DNA of 64,000 nucleotides from Octopus vulgaris (Eukaryota), in contig OX597815.1 in the NCBI GenBank assembly GCA_951406725.2, positions 188,852,001 to 188,916,000 of the forward strand. Reading direction: 5' to 3'. Every line of letters starts with the position of its first letter. The stretch's first letter is position 1. A program made the position numbers and the translations under genes. Of the stretch, positions 1 to 12,390 are shown piece after piece. The notes beneath the pieces were generated by a model. That model had not been told where the DNA came from and did no database searches. It was given only the letters and a program-made list of their open reading frames with translations.

Positions 1-39
1 CTTTCAACTAGATTCTGCTCATAATAATGACTCTTTTCT

Positions 40-650
40 ACTTTTCATGAAGGCTAGACTAGCGTTTTTCTGAATTAAACTTCCATATTTCAAACCATTG
101 CATCATGTATCTGTTATAGAAACACACATCTTTGGTTTTTTGTCTTGTAACATGTGATTCTTATTAAAAGAATGTTTTGGAAATTTCAAATCCTTTAATA
201 CCAATTCCCTGTGACTGCCCATATGTTAAACTGTTTATATTTAAATTATAATCTCAATTAAAATCTTTTAGCATGAATAATAACATGAGATTTCAGTTAG
301 TAAACATCAGCTGTATACATTAATTATACAATTTTTTTTTGCATCAGAGAGAAACCAATGCATTCCAATCTCTTGGTGTTTTAACATGTTCAGTAAGCAC
401 TTTGTACAGATTGAATGATTCTTTCTTGCCACGCCTTACATAAACTGACCCTTCAACATCACATATGACCTGTTCTGGATGCCTTTACTTAAAATTCCCA
501 AGATGGTGATTTCTGAAACTTTGAGGTCCTTTTTGCAATGGTTTGGATTGATTTTTCTGGTGTTTTTATCAATTATTTCTTGGACTTTTTGTTCAAAGTT
601 ATGTGTTCTGATGGTGCTAGGACCCTATGCATTTATTTCATATTTTGCTG
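40..650 (-). pseudogene. Highly decayed Tc1/mariner-superfamily (DD37D/maT-like) transposase remnant
   Basis: Minus-strand conceptual translation RTHNFEQKVQEIIDKNTRK..DLKVSEITI..RSYVMLKGQFM*..CLLNMLKH..HWFLSDAKK resembles the HTH region and first catalytic 'WFFSDEK' region of DD37D transposases. Multiple stops; no TIRs found. Confidence 0.5.
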
Positions 651-1029
651 CTGATGTTGTTGTTGTTGTTAAGCAACAAAACAGGTAAGGGTGATTAGGT
701 GATGGTCTAGGGCTTAGGGGCGGGAGACCCCAGACCTTGGGAAAAAAAAAACTTTGGTTGTCTTGTTGTAGTCAAGGGCTCTTCGTTGACGCCTGACACC
801 ACTGGAAGTGACCCTCAAAGTCGCTGGAAATGGAGATCTCCAGGTCCAAATTCTTGAACGGCTGCTGCTGATGTTGGATCCCTTTCAACAGCTTCCTGCT
901 CCTTTCAAACTTTGACAACAAAGGATTGAGCCACTTTCAGGAAGCAATCTATCGCTGTATCATAATGTTGTGCTTTTTAAGGCAACGGTTACAGCATGCC
1001 TTTTCATTTGTTGAGTAATCCTGATGTCT

Positions 1030-1901
1030 AACATTATCTAAGACCTATTGTGGCAAGTGAAATCAAAATCAAAATTGCTGACATGGCAGATGACAGTACC
1101 GCCTAATAGGCACTTATGCCAGTTGAATGTTAAAAGCACATCTGAATATGGGTGCAACCAGCCCACTTATGAGTATCCCTCATTCATTGGACAATGAACT
1201 TTGCTTGTGAAGACCTATTGAGGCAAGTGAAAACAAATCAAAATCGCTGACATGGCCGATTATAGTACTGTCTGATTGGCACTCATACCAGTGGAATGTT
1301 AAAAGCACATCTGAGCGTGATCATTGCTAGGGCCATAGATTGACTCCTGTACCAGTGACACATGAAAAACAACTTTCGAGCGTGATCGTTGCCAGTGCTG
1401 CCATGCAGGTAGCACATAAAAAACCCTTCTGAGCATGGTCATTGCCAAAAGTGCCTGACTGGCCCTCGTGCTGGTGGCACGTATAAAGCACCTCTTTCTT
1501 TACTACCTACAAGGGGCTACACATCGAGGGGACAAACAAGAACAGACAAACGGATTAAGTCGATTACATCGACCCCAGTGCGTAACTGGTACTTATTTAA
1601 TCGACCCCGAAAGGATGAAAGGCAAAGTCGACCTCGGCAGAATTTGAACTCAGAACGTAGCAGCAGACGAAATGCCGCTTAGCATTTCACCCGGCATGTT
1701 TCTGCCAGTTTGCTGCCACGTATAGAGCACCTACTATACTCTCAGAATGGTTGGTGTTAGGAAGGGCATCCAGCTGTAGAAACTTTGCCAGGTCAGATTG
1801 AGCCTGGTGCAACCATCTGGCTCATCAGTCCTCAGTCAAACCGTCCAGCCCATGCCAGCATGGAAAGCAGATGTTAAACGATGATGATGATGATGATGAT
1901 G
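1030..1901 (+). mobile_element. Family C repeat: RTE-LINE-like 3' end with ~57-bp tandem units and (GAT)n tail; interrupted by a family A SINE
   Basis: Tandem units 'gtggcacgtaaaagcacc', then 'ggttggtgttaggaagggcatccagctgtagaaac...catgccagcatggaaagcagatgttaaacgatgatgat'. Other copies at about 2940-3225, 5614-5690, 6128-6330, 17577-18007(-), 19900-20050(-), 22895-23070, 29530-30205 (two), 31495-31908(-), 34400-34890, 37520-37825(-), 38235-38392, 40095-40345(-), 46148-46485, 47302-47732, 48660-48977, 60470-60700(-), 60740-61210. Confidence 0.8.
1494..1718 (-). mobile_element. SINE family A copy nested in family C repeat
   Basis: Reverse complement of the family A consensus (see 8093-8327). Confidence 0.85.
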
Positions 1902-2325
1902 AAAGTAAGGTGAAAGAAAATAAGTTAGAAGGAAGCTGGAACCCTTGAAAGAGGTACTCTCAAAAAACTGACACACCCTGTCTATAAAGGAAACTGTTAA
2001 TACTAAACCTTATCATGTTTCTTGTTTTTGTTGCATTTATAATTAATAAGACTTCTCCATTTTTATTAACAGAAATTATTTATCATGTTTTTACACAAGT
2101 GTACTCAGTCACACAGCGTCTAATTTCACTGTGACACAAAAAATATATGAACCTGACATAACATCTAGAATTTATGTATGATGTTAGCCTCATATCCTTG
2201 AATGTTCAAGATATACAAGGGAAGGTGGACAGACACAGCATTGAAAACTAGATAAAGGATTATTACCGGAAAGACAATGATCATGAAAATTCAAAGCAAT
2301 GGTCAAAAATTAAATGGTTAAAGCT

Positions 2326-2682
2326 ATTCTGTTGTGTCTGGGGAGAGTCATTTTCTTTTTGTGCCTTATAATTTAACATACTCACTGGTAAAATTTCCAC
2401 TTATTTCTTATTTTTATTACAGAGATGTACTTGCATAGCAAGTGACCTGATCTGAGATCGTGTGCTGGAACGAAAACAATTGCAGCGTGGAAGGTGTTTA
2501 TAAGCCATTTAAGAAACACACAAAAACCGTTAGATTCACTTCAACATTTAAATTTAATTTGTCAAAATATTTTCGGCGTTTTGAGACTGCGACCTTGTTC
2601 ACTGACAAAACTCCGTGCTGCATTTTTAATTTTCTTAAAATTTTCGTTGTGTCTTGCAACTTTCTTTAATAGTCTTGACTCT
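2326..2682. mobile_element. Family E interspersed repeat (Penelope-pLTR-like partial tandem/inverted arrangements)
   Basis: 'ctgttgtgtctggggagagtcattttctttttgtgccttataatttaaca..ctcactggtaaaatttccacttatt' recurs at 3500-3553, 7690-7890 (inverted) and 23860-24100 (head-to-head pair). Class assignment is inference. Confidence 0.6.
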
Positions 2683-2902
2683 AAAGCTGTTATGGTAAAA
2701 AAAATAATGTAAAAAACATATGTTAAAGAAGCAAAATTTTAGGTCCTGATGCATCTCCAGCATCATCTATTTCTTTCTCTCTCATTTTAACCCCCCTCTC
2801 TCTAACTCTATCTCTTCTTCCTCTCCTCTCTTTTCCTACTGGGGTAACCAAGTATCTCCTTTATAGCAAGACACCCATTTCTTTCCTTAACCTCTCTTAC
2901 AC

Positions 2903-3188
2903 TTGGCCCAAAGTCGCTTCCTATGGTTCTACTGTCTCTCCTAACTGAGAGGTCATTGTCTCGCAAGTGACTTGGTGGCCCCACTAGTGCTGGTGTCATA
3001 TATAAAGCACCAGTGTTGGTGCCACATGCAAAGAATCCAGTATGCTCTGTAAAGTGGTTTGCTTTAGGAAGGGCATCCAGTTATAGAAACCATGCTAAAA
3101 CAGACAATTGTAGCCTGGTACAGCTCTCCAACTCGCCAGCTCCTGTCAAACTGTCCAAGCCATTTTTTGCATGGAAAACAAATGTTAA

Positions 3189-3220
<32 letters not shown>

Positions 3221-4092
3221 GATGAGAATGTGGTGTGTTTGGCAGCATTGAGTGCTTCCACACATGCAAAAATGAACTCATTTAAGAAAATATATATTTA
3301 TCATTATTTTTTGTACATGGTACAGCAGTGCTGTTATTTAGTGCAACAAGAGTACCAATTACCAAGAGGCCTAATGCCATCTCAGTAAGGTTATTATCGA
3401 AAGCTATTGTAAAACAGAAGATAACTAACAGGGATTCTGTTGTCACTAAAATAAAAGCATAATAATGACTATTTACACATTTGCAAAGATTAAATCTTTT
3501 AACATACTCACTGGTAAAATTTCTACTTATTTTTTAGTTTTAATTTTCCTAAAATGCCCTTCCTAATGCAAACTACTTTACAGGGCATACTGGATTCTTT
3601 GCATGTGGCACCAACACAAGTGCTTTATACATAACACCAGCACCAGTGGGGCCACCAAGTCACTTGTGAGACAAAGACCTCTTAGTTAGGAGAGAGAGTA
3701 GAACCATAGGAAGCGACTTTGTGCCAAAGCTGTCCAGCTTGCCAGCTCCTGTCAAACTGTCCAAGCCATGTCTGCATGGAAAACAAATGTTAAACGATGA
3801 TAGGGATGATGATGATGAGAATATGGTATGTTTGGCAGCTTTGAGCGCTTCCACAAATGCAAAAATGAACTCATTTAAAAAAATATATATTTATCATTTT
3901 TTTTTTTTACATGCTACAGCAGTGCTGTTATTTAGTGCAACAAGAGTACCAATTACCAAGAGGCCTAATGCCATCCAAGTAAGGTTATTATCGAAAGCTA
4001 TTGTAAAACAGAAGATAACTAACAGGGATTCTGTTGTCACTAAAATAAAAGCATAATAATGACTATTTACACATTTGCGAAGATTAAATCTT
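2903..4092. repeat. Local duplication with inversion
   Basis: 3135-3499 is repeated directly at 3741-4092; 2903-3076 is repeated inverted at 3554-3729; a third partial copy lies at 4788-4877. Confidence 0.85.
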
Positions 4093-4427
4093 GATTATGT
4101 TTAAAGAAATTACATGAAAAGGCTTTCATTGAAGCACTCACTGAAATGTTAATAACAGCACGAAGAGAAAACATATCAGGTGAAGAAAGAAATTTTATTC
4201 TGACGATATCAGTAATTAAAAGCACTCAGCTCTGTTGAGTCGGATTGATAAATGACAACAGATACTGGTTTACAGCAAGCTTAATAGCTTTGCCATCAAT
4301 AACATCAAAATAGTCTTTATTAATGTTGAACCTGTGAAGAATTGCAGATAACAGATTAAAATTCTATATTTTTAACGACACAGTCGAAAAAAAAGAAAAA
4401 TGTGTTATTGCAAGAAATATCAAAAAA

Positions 4428-4458
<31 letters not shown>

Positions 4459-4661
4459 AAACGAGAAGTATTTTTTTTTTTAAATGAAGTTCACAAACAC
4501 AAGATAATTAAATGGTAGAATAGAAATTGAGTAATGGAACTAGAAAGACAATTCCTATCAGCTTTAATTATGTATATATATACGTTTGTGTGTATGTGTA
4601 TGTGTGTGCATGTATATAAGTGTATATATATATGTGTTTTTTTTATATATATATATATGTG

Positions 4662-4727
<66 letters not shown>

Positions 4728-4916
4728 ATATATATATATGTGTGTATATATATATATATGTGTATATATATATGTGTATATATATATAAAGCTATTGTAA
4801 AACAGAAGATAACGAACAGGAATTCTGTTGTCACTAAAATAAAGGCATAATAATTACTATTTACACATTTGCGAAGATATATATATATATAATATATATA
4901 TTTAATATATATGTAT

Positions 4917-5226
4917 ATCATGTGATCAAGTGCCTGACCAGGCTATCTGATGTTGCTCCACATCGCTGGTCACAATGCGCTTCACACTGTTTTAGCCTTC
5001 AAATTATGCCACCTCTCCGGCTAAGCGAGCGGGCCAACAGAAGAAAGAGTGAGAGAAAGTTGTGGCGAAAGAGTATAGCAGGGATCGCCACCACCCCCTG
5101 CTAGAGCCTTGTGGAGCATTAGGTGTTTTTGCTCAATAAACACTCACAACGTCCGGTTTGGGAATCGAAACCATGATCCTACGACCGCGAGTCCGCTGCC
5201 CTAACCACTGGGCCATTGCGCCTCCA
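4917..5226 (-). mobile_element. tRNA-derived SINE family D, tail type 1
   Basis: Minus strand begins ggaggcgcaatggcccagtggttagggcagcggactcgcggtcg..ggtttcgattcc (A/B boxes) and ends with the 'cattgtgaccagcgatgtg..gatca' tail. Similar copies at 38829-39140(+), 6468-6720(-), 44058-44300(-), 63100-63405(+). Confidence 0.85.
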
Positions 5227-5255
5227 CACACACACACATATTTTATATATATTTA

Positions 5256-5391
<136 letters not shown>

Positions 5392-5487
5392 TAATCCAAA
5401 CAAGAAAACACAAAAAAACACAACAACGCGAGGATGTGGAACAAATAAAGTATTATTGGACGCTCAGGAAAGAAGGGAAGAAGGAGG

Positions 5488-5522
5488 GTTTAACGTTTCG
5501 AGCGGAGCTCTTCGTCGGAAAC
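5488..5522 (-). ncRNA. Minimal type I hammerhead ribozyme motif (Penelope-type) in a TA-flanked insert (5388-5536)
   Basis: Minus strand: gttt CCGACGA a gagc-tcc-gctc GAAA cg tt|aaac. Stem I gttt/aaac, perfect stem II, palindromic minimal stem III; core position 4 is C instead of U. Confidence 0.65.
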
Positions 5523-5538
5523 ATAAGAGAAGGAAATA

Positions 5539-5615
<77 letters not shown>

Positions 5616-6754
5616 CCAGATCCCCGGTCGAACCGTCCAACCCATGCTAGCATGGAGAACGGACGTTAAACGATGATGGTGATGATGATGATATATATAT
5701 ATATATGCATGTATATGTATATTTAGATATGCATGTAGTTGTATGTGTATATATGTGAGTATATATATGTATATTTCTTAATTTATTTACAGCTTGCATA
5801 ATGTTTCATCCTGAAGACAACATGGCTGTACCTAGAATCAATGAAGTATAGAATGCAATGCATCACATTTTATACCCTGGTAATTCTGGATGCAGCAATA
5901 CTATCTTACAGATGAAGCAGCTTGTAGATTGTCAGCAAACTTTGAAATATTAAGTAACACACATTACCTTCAAATGCATAGAATATTTAATTGGATTGGC
6001 AGACACCTTAGCCATATAGCTACGGCTACATACATTCATACATATATTTAATGTACACAGTATTTGAAATAAAGCCTATCAATAGTTTCTTGCCATAAAA
6101 CACTGTGATTAGGCAGATTTATATAATGTGGCACCTGTGCAGGTGGCACATAAAAAGCACCCACTACGCTTGCGGAGTGGTTGGCATTAGGAAGGGCATC
6201 CAGCTGTAGAAAGACTGCCAGATCAGACTGGAGCCTGGTGCAGCCCCTGGCTTCCCAGACCCCGGTCGAACTGTCCAACCCATGCTAGTGCGGAAAACGG
6301 ACGTTAAACGATGATGATGATGATGATGATGTCTTGTGTCTCCATAGCAAGAAACTATTACTAGCTCTTATTACAAATACTGGGTACATTAAATGATATT
6401 TGTCTCTCATTGGGTGAAGTACCTTTTTTTTGTTGATCTTACTTTAACAGAACTGTAAACTATATATCATGTGATCACATGACTGACCAGACTATCAGAT
6501 ATTGTTTCATATAGCTGGTCACAATGCACTTTGCATCATTTTACCCTTTGAATGACACCACCATGCTTGCTAGGTGTGTAGGCCAACAGACTCCACTGAT
6601 CGAAAGGGGTCTGGAGCAATATAAAATAAAGTGCTTTGCTCAAGGAAATAATGCATCATCCGGTCTGGGAATTGAATCCACAATCTAGTGATCATGAATG
6701 TAACAGCCTAACTACTATGCATATATAGGTGTGTGTGTGTGTTGCGTGTGTGTG

Positions 6755-6787
<33 letters not shown>

Positions 6788-6809
6788 GTGTGTGTGTGTG
6801 TGTTATATA

Positions 6810-7690
6810 CAAAGAGGTACCCAAAAGCAACTGGAAACGTTCTCTATGGGACAAGCCTGTTGTAGTTCAGGATCCTGCTGCTAGAAACCACTTGATGCCA
6901 CCCTCAGGCATCTGTCTGCTGACTGGTGGTGGCAGGTGTAGTTATGCTGCCATACGGTGCATATTTGTTTTGCAGTGCTTCTCCCCTGTTCATTGATTTT
7001 TGTGATGGATGAAATGAAGGAACAGCTTGCTTCTGCGAAATCCTGATTTCTGCTGGGGAAAACAGTGACCAAAACAGTTGTCATGCATCAAAAAGCTTAC
7101 AAAGCTGCTGCTATGAACAAAACACAAATTTACAAATGGTTTGCATGCTTTAGGAATGATTCTAAGTACATCTTGAAGACCATCTTCATTCAGAGCAACT
7201 GTTGACCCCTCCGCCACCCGAACGAATAAAAACATGGAAATTCATGAACTGATCTTGGAGGACTGTCACCAAACCATTGGCAAACTTGTTGATATCACTC
7301 ATGTGTTTTGGAGCTCCTACCAACGAATTTCGAACGAGGAACTGAAAATGAAAAGAGCTGGAGTAAAATTTGTGCCTCACTTGTTCATGGAAGATCAAAA
7401 GCTGTTATGGCTGAATGCATGTCGTGAAGTGAAAGAACAGCTGGAAGTTGATTCAGACCTTTTTTTTTTTTTAAAGGTCATCACTGGTGACAAAAGCTGG
7501 TCCTATGGAATTTGAAGATGTGGAAGCAGTGAAGGAAAAAATGATGGAAGCATTAAAAGACATCACTATGCAGAAATTCTAGCACTGCTTTGAACTGTAG
7601 AAACCATATCTGGACCAGTTTTTTGCTTTGAATGAAGAATACTTTGAAGGTGATAAAAGTCTAAACATATAAAACTAAGTGAATAAGAGT
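6810..7690 (+). mobile_element. Decayed, internally deleted mariner transposon
   Basis: From ATG 7005: MDEMKEQLASAKS*FLLGKT..AYKAAAMNKTQIYKWFACFRN; later KFVPHL and VITGDKSWSYG (first catalytic D), then a jump to C-terminal ..EEYFEGDK. Most of the DDD domain is missing; the 3' end abuts a family E repeat. Confidence 0.8.
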
Positions 7691-8092
7691 CAACAACTAT
7701 TGAAAAGGTTGCAAGACACAACGAAAATTTTAGAAAAATAAATAAGTAAATAAGTGGAAATTTTACCGGTGAGTGTGTTAAATTAATAAGGCACTAAAAG
7801 AGAGCAACTCTCCCCAGACACAACAGAATATGCTTCAACACATGAACTCACATAAGGAATCTTGCAAACCAAATCTCAAAATGAAATAAATGAATAGAAT
7901 CATATTGCAAAATTCTGGTTTCTTTTGTGATGATACAATAAAGAAATCTCTGTTTTTGCCCATGATTTTGAGAGATGAGCTGGTTATGATAGATGAGCAA
8001 TGTAGTTTGATTCCTTCATTCAGAGCTTGTAGCACCCATGCACTGAGATTTTGGACCTTATTCATTGAGCAAAGGTGATAGGCAACTGTATC

Positions 8093-8327
8093 AGGCGGCG
8101 AGCTGGCAGACATGTTAGCACGCCGGGCGAAATGCTTAGTGGTATTTCGTCTGCCGTTACGTTGTGAGTTCAAATTCCGCCGAGGCCAACTTTGCCTTTC
8201 ATCCTTTCGGGGTCGATAAATTAAGTACCAGTTACGCACTGGGGTTGATGTAATCGACTTAATGCCTATGTATGTCCTTGTTTGTCCCCTCTATGTTTAG
8301 CCACTTGTGGGTAATAAAAACATAGGT
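8093..8327 (+). mobile_element. SINE family A (tRNA-like head, central gcctttcatcctttcggggtcgataaa domain)
   Basis: ggcggcgagctggcaga..gagttcaaattccgccgagg..gcctttcatcctttcggggtcgataaattaagtaccag..tttgtcccctctatgtttagcc..aataaa. Other copies at about 17410-17535(-), 19036-19270, 21081-21510 (two degenerate), 30922-31125, 34457-34605(-), 40688-40775(-), 49022-49255, 55760-56145 (nested pair), 62310-63072(-). Confidence 0.85.
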
Positions 8328-9609
8328 ATCATGAGAGCATTCCATCTTCTGGGCCAAATCCTTCATGGATTGGAACAGATCCTTATAGATAAGCTTGTTC
8401 AATCATTCCTCATTGAATCGAATAGGTTGACCAAAATGCAGAGAGCTTGTGATATCAAGTTTTCTCTTTTTGAAGCATGAAAACTATTTTCGTGCAGTTC
8501 TTATGGTGAGTGATGGTATCTTCTCCATATACATCACAAATGTCACAGGTGTGTTTTGGCAGCAGTTTTGGAACCTTGATTGAAAGTGAAAAGTTGCAGG
8601 TGTTGAAACTGCTCATTTTTCTTTTTTCTACTTAACAACTCCATCATTATATGTCTGAAAAGAGGGAAAATTTATTGAAATTTCAAAAATGATGCACAGA
8701 AGTTGTAGAGTAAGAGTAGAGCTAATAACAGAAACTCCATAAGACCTTTAGAATAAAAATATACCTCATGTTAATTAAGGAAATAATTGGAAAGAAATGA
8801 ACGAATTTATCTACCAACCCAATATTTCCCCATTCCACTCATGTTTCTTCCATTTCCTCCAATGAAATTCCTTTTTCATTTTGACTGAATTGAGAGGATT
8901 ATATCATGGGTGTAACCAAGATATCAACCAAGATGGATTTACCATTAGCAGGCTAATTTATGCGGAATATAGAATTAAACTCAATGTAAAATAAATTATT
9001 ATATTTGCATAAAGTTGTAAGGTTGGGGGTGGTCTTACCTTTAATCTTGTCTCACGCCCTTTGGCGATGAGGTGGGCATAGGTTCGGTTTGATATATAAT
9101 ATTGACACTGTAATACTTATCTATTTTAATATCTGTCACACTGGTGTCTCTGATGTATGTTATTTAAAATGTTTTCCAGCATTTCCTGTTTTGACTGCAG
9201 TGGCTTAGTATGGAGGTGGGGGTTATGACTAAAAGTACTTCATTTGAGCTGTGTAAAATGAAAGGTAGTCTGGTTGTGGGATAATCCTTTTTATTATCCT
9301 GTCAGTGGTCACTGCTCAATAAAATAATCTTTTCACATGAAAAGGATGCATAGCAAATTTGGTAAGAATGACAGGAAAATATAGAACTTATAAAATGATA
9401 AAAGAAAGTTTTAATATAATGTAAGAATGCATTTCAGAGAAAGGCAGAAGGATTGTTTGGCAAAAAAATAATAATAAAGAAAATAGGGAAAATTTCCAAA
9501 GTGAAAGAATGGCTTTACATACAGTTCTATATTTAAGAGATGAGGAATTATGTACATTATTTACATTATTTACATTTGACGGATATTTGTTCTCATCTTG
9601 TTTGTTGTT

Positions 9610-9655
9610 AACACAATGTTTCGGCTGATATACCCTCCAGCCTTCATTAGGTGTC
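9610..9655 (-). ncRNA. Minimal type I hammerhead motif, mutated copy
   Basis: Minus strand: gacac CTAATGA a ggctg gagggtatat cagcc GAAA catt gtgtt. Core G-to-A change. Confidence 0.55.
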
Positions 9656-9826
9656 TTGGGAAAATTTCAAACTTGGCTTCTCATTCCTAAGGTATTTTCC
9701 GATGTTATTATTATTATTATTATTACTACTACTACTACTATGCCATATGCCCACATACATATGGTGTAGTGTTTAAGAGCACGGGCTACTAACCCCAAGA
9801 TTCCGAGTTTGATTCCAGGTAGTGAT

Positions 9827-9911
<85 letters not shown>

Positions 9912-10012
9912 GTGATAACAACAACAACAACAACGACAATAATAAAAATAACAACAATAATAACATCGAAAAATACCTAAGGATTGAGAACCCAGGTTCG
10001 AAATTTCCCCAA

Positions 10013-10058
10013 GACACCTGATGAAGGCTGAAGGGTATATCAGCTGAAACCTTGTGTT
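10013..10058 (+). ncRNA. Minimal type I hammerhead motif
   Basis: gacac CTGATGA a ggctg aagggtatat cagct GAAA cctt gtgtt. Stem I gacac/gtgtt, stem II ggctg/cagct; inferred ancestral stem III GAAACGTT. Confidence 0.65.
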
Positions 10059-10189
10059 AATAACAAACAAGATAAGGACAAATATCTGTCAAATGTAAGG
10101 TTGTTCATCATTTTCAGTCTGTGGAGAAATGACTAAAATTTGCCCTGTATATAATTATACCATATGTTACATATTACACTTTCCTGCTG

Positions 10190-10640
10190 AATTCACAGGC
10201 ATGATTGACTATGAATACTATCTAGCTACCTCATTCTTGGTCTATTCTCGGTCTCCTTCTGGATGGATCAGTTTGAAGAATCCATCTGGCAATTCTAATC
10301 AAACGTCTGTAGTACCAGGGATCTCTTAATGCAGAGATGTTGCAGCTTGACCTGGAGAGACTTGCCTGATCCCTCAGCCATGTGCTCTGTGAAGCAACAT
10401 CACCCCAAAGATTCTTTCACTTCAGCTGCTTATATTTGCAATTGCACTCTTTCAGTCATGACCCAGCATTCATGATCATAGGTGAGAAAGGCATAGAAAT
10501 TGAACTAAAGGTAGCAAGTTTAGATTTTTTTTTTACCAATTTCTCCTCCTCTAAGGATTGAATATTGAAACTGGTGCATTACCGTGCCAGCACCAGTAAT
10601 TCTAGCATCCAACTAAGTCTCTTGCTTCCCACCACTCATG
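10190..10640 (-). mobile_element. Degenerate RTE-clade LINE fragment
   Basis: Minus-strand KLATFSSISMP(fs)LTYDHECWVMTERVQLQI*AAEVK matches the RTE post-RT motif LTYGxExWxxT...AxEM. Confidence 0.6.
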
Positions 10641-10768
10641 CTTTTCATAATCAGTAGATTTAATATGTGAGAACATACCATGTTTGTATATAGTATGTTG
10701 AATACTACTCTGAGATATATTTACCCTCAGCCATAGTATTAACATTCATAATCAGCATCACTATGAAA

Positions 10769-10871
10769 GAAATTGTTTCTGCTTTTAGGCTTCACAATTG
10801 AGTTATCTCTATTTCCAGACCTTTGTATTTTGAAAATTTCTCCATTTCTTTTAGTGAAACATTGTCATCTG
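10769..10871 (-). mobile_element. Fragment of RLE-type LINE (same family as 31166-31492)
   Basis: Minus strand DDNVSLKEMEKFSKYKGLEIEITQL; abuts (TAA)n. Confidence 0.6.
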
Positions 10872-10912
10872 TTATTATTATAATAATAATAATAATTATT
10901 ATTATTATTATT

Positions 10913-11260
10913 GAGTGAGAGAGCAGTGCATGCCATCAAAGTGACACTGAGGTAAAATATACCAAGCCCAGTATACCCATCATGACTACCCGTCTGATAA
11001 GGGTACACTAGGCACGTGCATCACAACAATATGTGCGCGACATGGTGATCTCATATCAAGATAAACAGTGCATGACCTTGCAGGTGGGGCCCAGTTAGAT
11101 TTTTCTTCTGGTCGAGTATCTCATCCTGCTCAAAAGGTCTCTGAATATGGATTGTTTAAGGATGTTGAATGAACCACCCATGTTTCCCAAGGTGAATTAT
11201 CCAAACCGCTAAGAATTCTTTTCAACACATGGCTATGATGCTCCCCCACTACTTCTGCTT
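10913..11260 (-). mobile_element. Family F: non-coding element inserted in (TAA)n
   Basis: Fixed end 'ttattGAGTGAGAGAGCAGTGCATG' with TAT tracts on both sides. Other copies at 15837-16255(+) and 21795-22665 (tandem). Confidence 0.75.
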
Positions 11261-11261
11261 A

Positions 11262-11330
<69 letters not shown>

Positions 11331-11344
11331 TATTATTATCATTA

Positions 11345-11375
<31 letters not shown>

Positions 11376-11403
11376 TATTATTATCATTATTATTATTATT
11401 ATC

Positions 11404-11468
<65 letters not shown>

Positions 11469-11469
11469 C

Positions 11470-11510
<41 letters not shown>

Positions 11511-11534
11511 CATTATTATTATTATTATTATTAT
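11261..11534. repeat. (TAT/CAT)n microsatellite
   Basis: Direct observation. Comparable tracts at 9830-9963, 15531-15838 and 32293-32390. Confidence 0.95.
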
Positions 11535-12028
11535 GTTGTTTTTGAAACTCAAGAATACTTTTCATTGTTAAAATAGAACACCATTGCTTACAAAAATAAT
11601 GGTTTTAAAATCTTGGTAGAGAAAAAAAAAATGTGTTGAAAAATTTGTTTGAATCTGTCTAAAAGAAATGTGGAATCGATTCGCTGAAATCTTTGATTCC
11701 CTTTAGTCAGCCAATTATATTTTTTTTAAAATGAGCAAGGAAGAGTAAAGAAACTCAATTATTAAGCAATTATCTGATTTTCATTGAAGGAATGTATTTT
11801 ATTTATGATCAAATTGGAAAACATTTCTTGATAGCTAGTACTGCAAATAGTTAATCAGATTGCATAAAAATAACTCAAATTGTAGGCTTTTTTTTATGCT
11901 TGCTTGGACAGAATACATTTTAGAAGAACATTCAAAGTATGAGTCATTAGAAAAAGTCTCCATTGCAGCTGCTGTTCTGAAATAATGATATTTTTATAAA
12001 GATCGTTTTCTACATGTGAGAAAATTTA

Positions 12029-12093
<65 letters not shown>

Positions 12094-12130
12094 CAGATAT
12101 GTATGTATATATATATGTGTGTGTGTGCGT

Positions 12131-12214
<84 letters not shown>

Positions 12215-12237
12215 ATATGTATGTATATATATATATG

Positions 12238-12292
<55 letters not shown>

Positions 12293-12355
12293 GCCGGTGC
12301 CCCAGCATGGTCACAGCTCGTGAGCTGAGACTAGATAAAAAAAGAATAAATAAAA

Positions 12356-12390
<35 letters not shown>

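Larger units (their letters stand above)
9521..10098 (+). mobile_element. Fold-back element: tRNA-like head + (TAA)n + hammerhead-containing tail, preceded by an inverted copy of the tail
   Basis: About 9570-9710 is the reverse complement of about 9960-10098. A box tggtgtagtgtt 9762-9773, arm ggg-ctactaa-ccc, B box gagtttgattcc 9805-9816. Confidence 0.7.

Noticed and set aside
3320-3390. Possible + strand mini-exon (tttag|tgcaacaagag..ca|gtaagg) in the duplicated segment
   Set aside because: Splice signals are weak and the peptide is unrecognisable.
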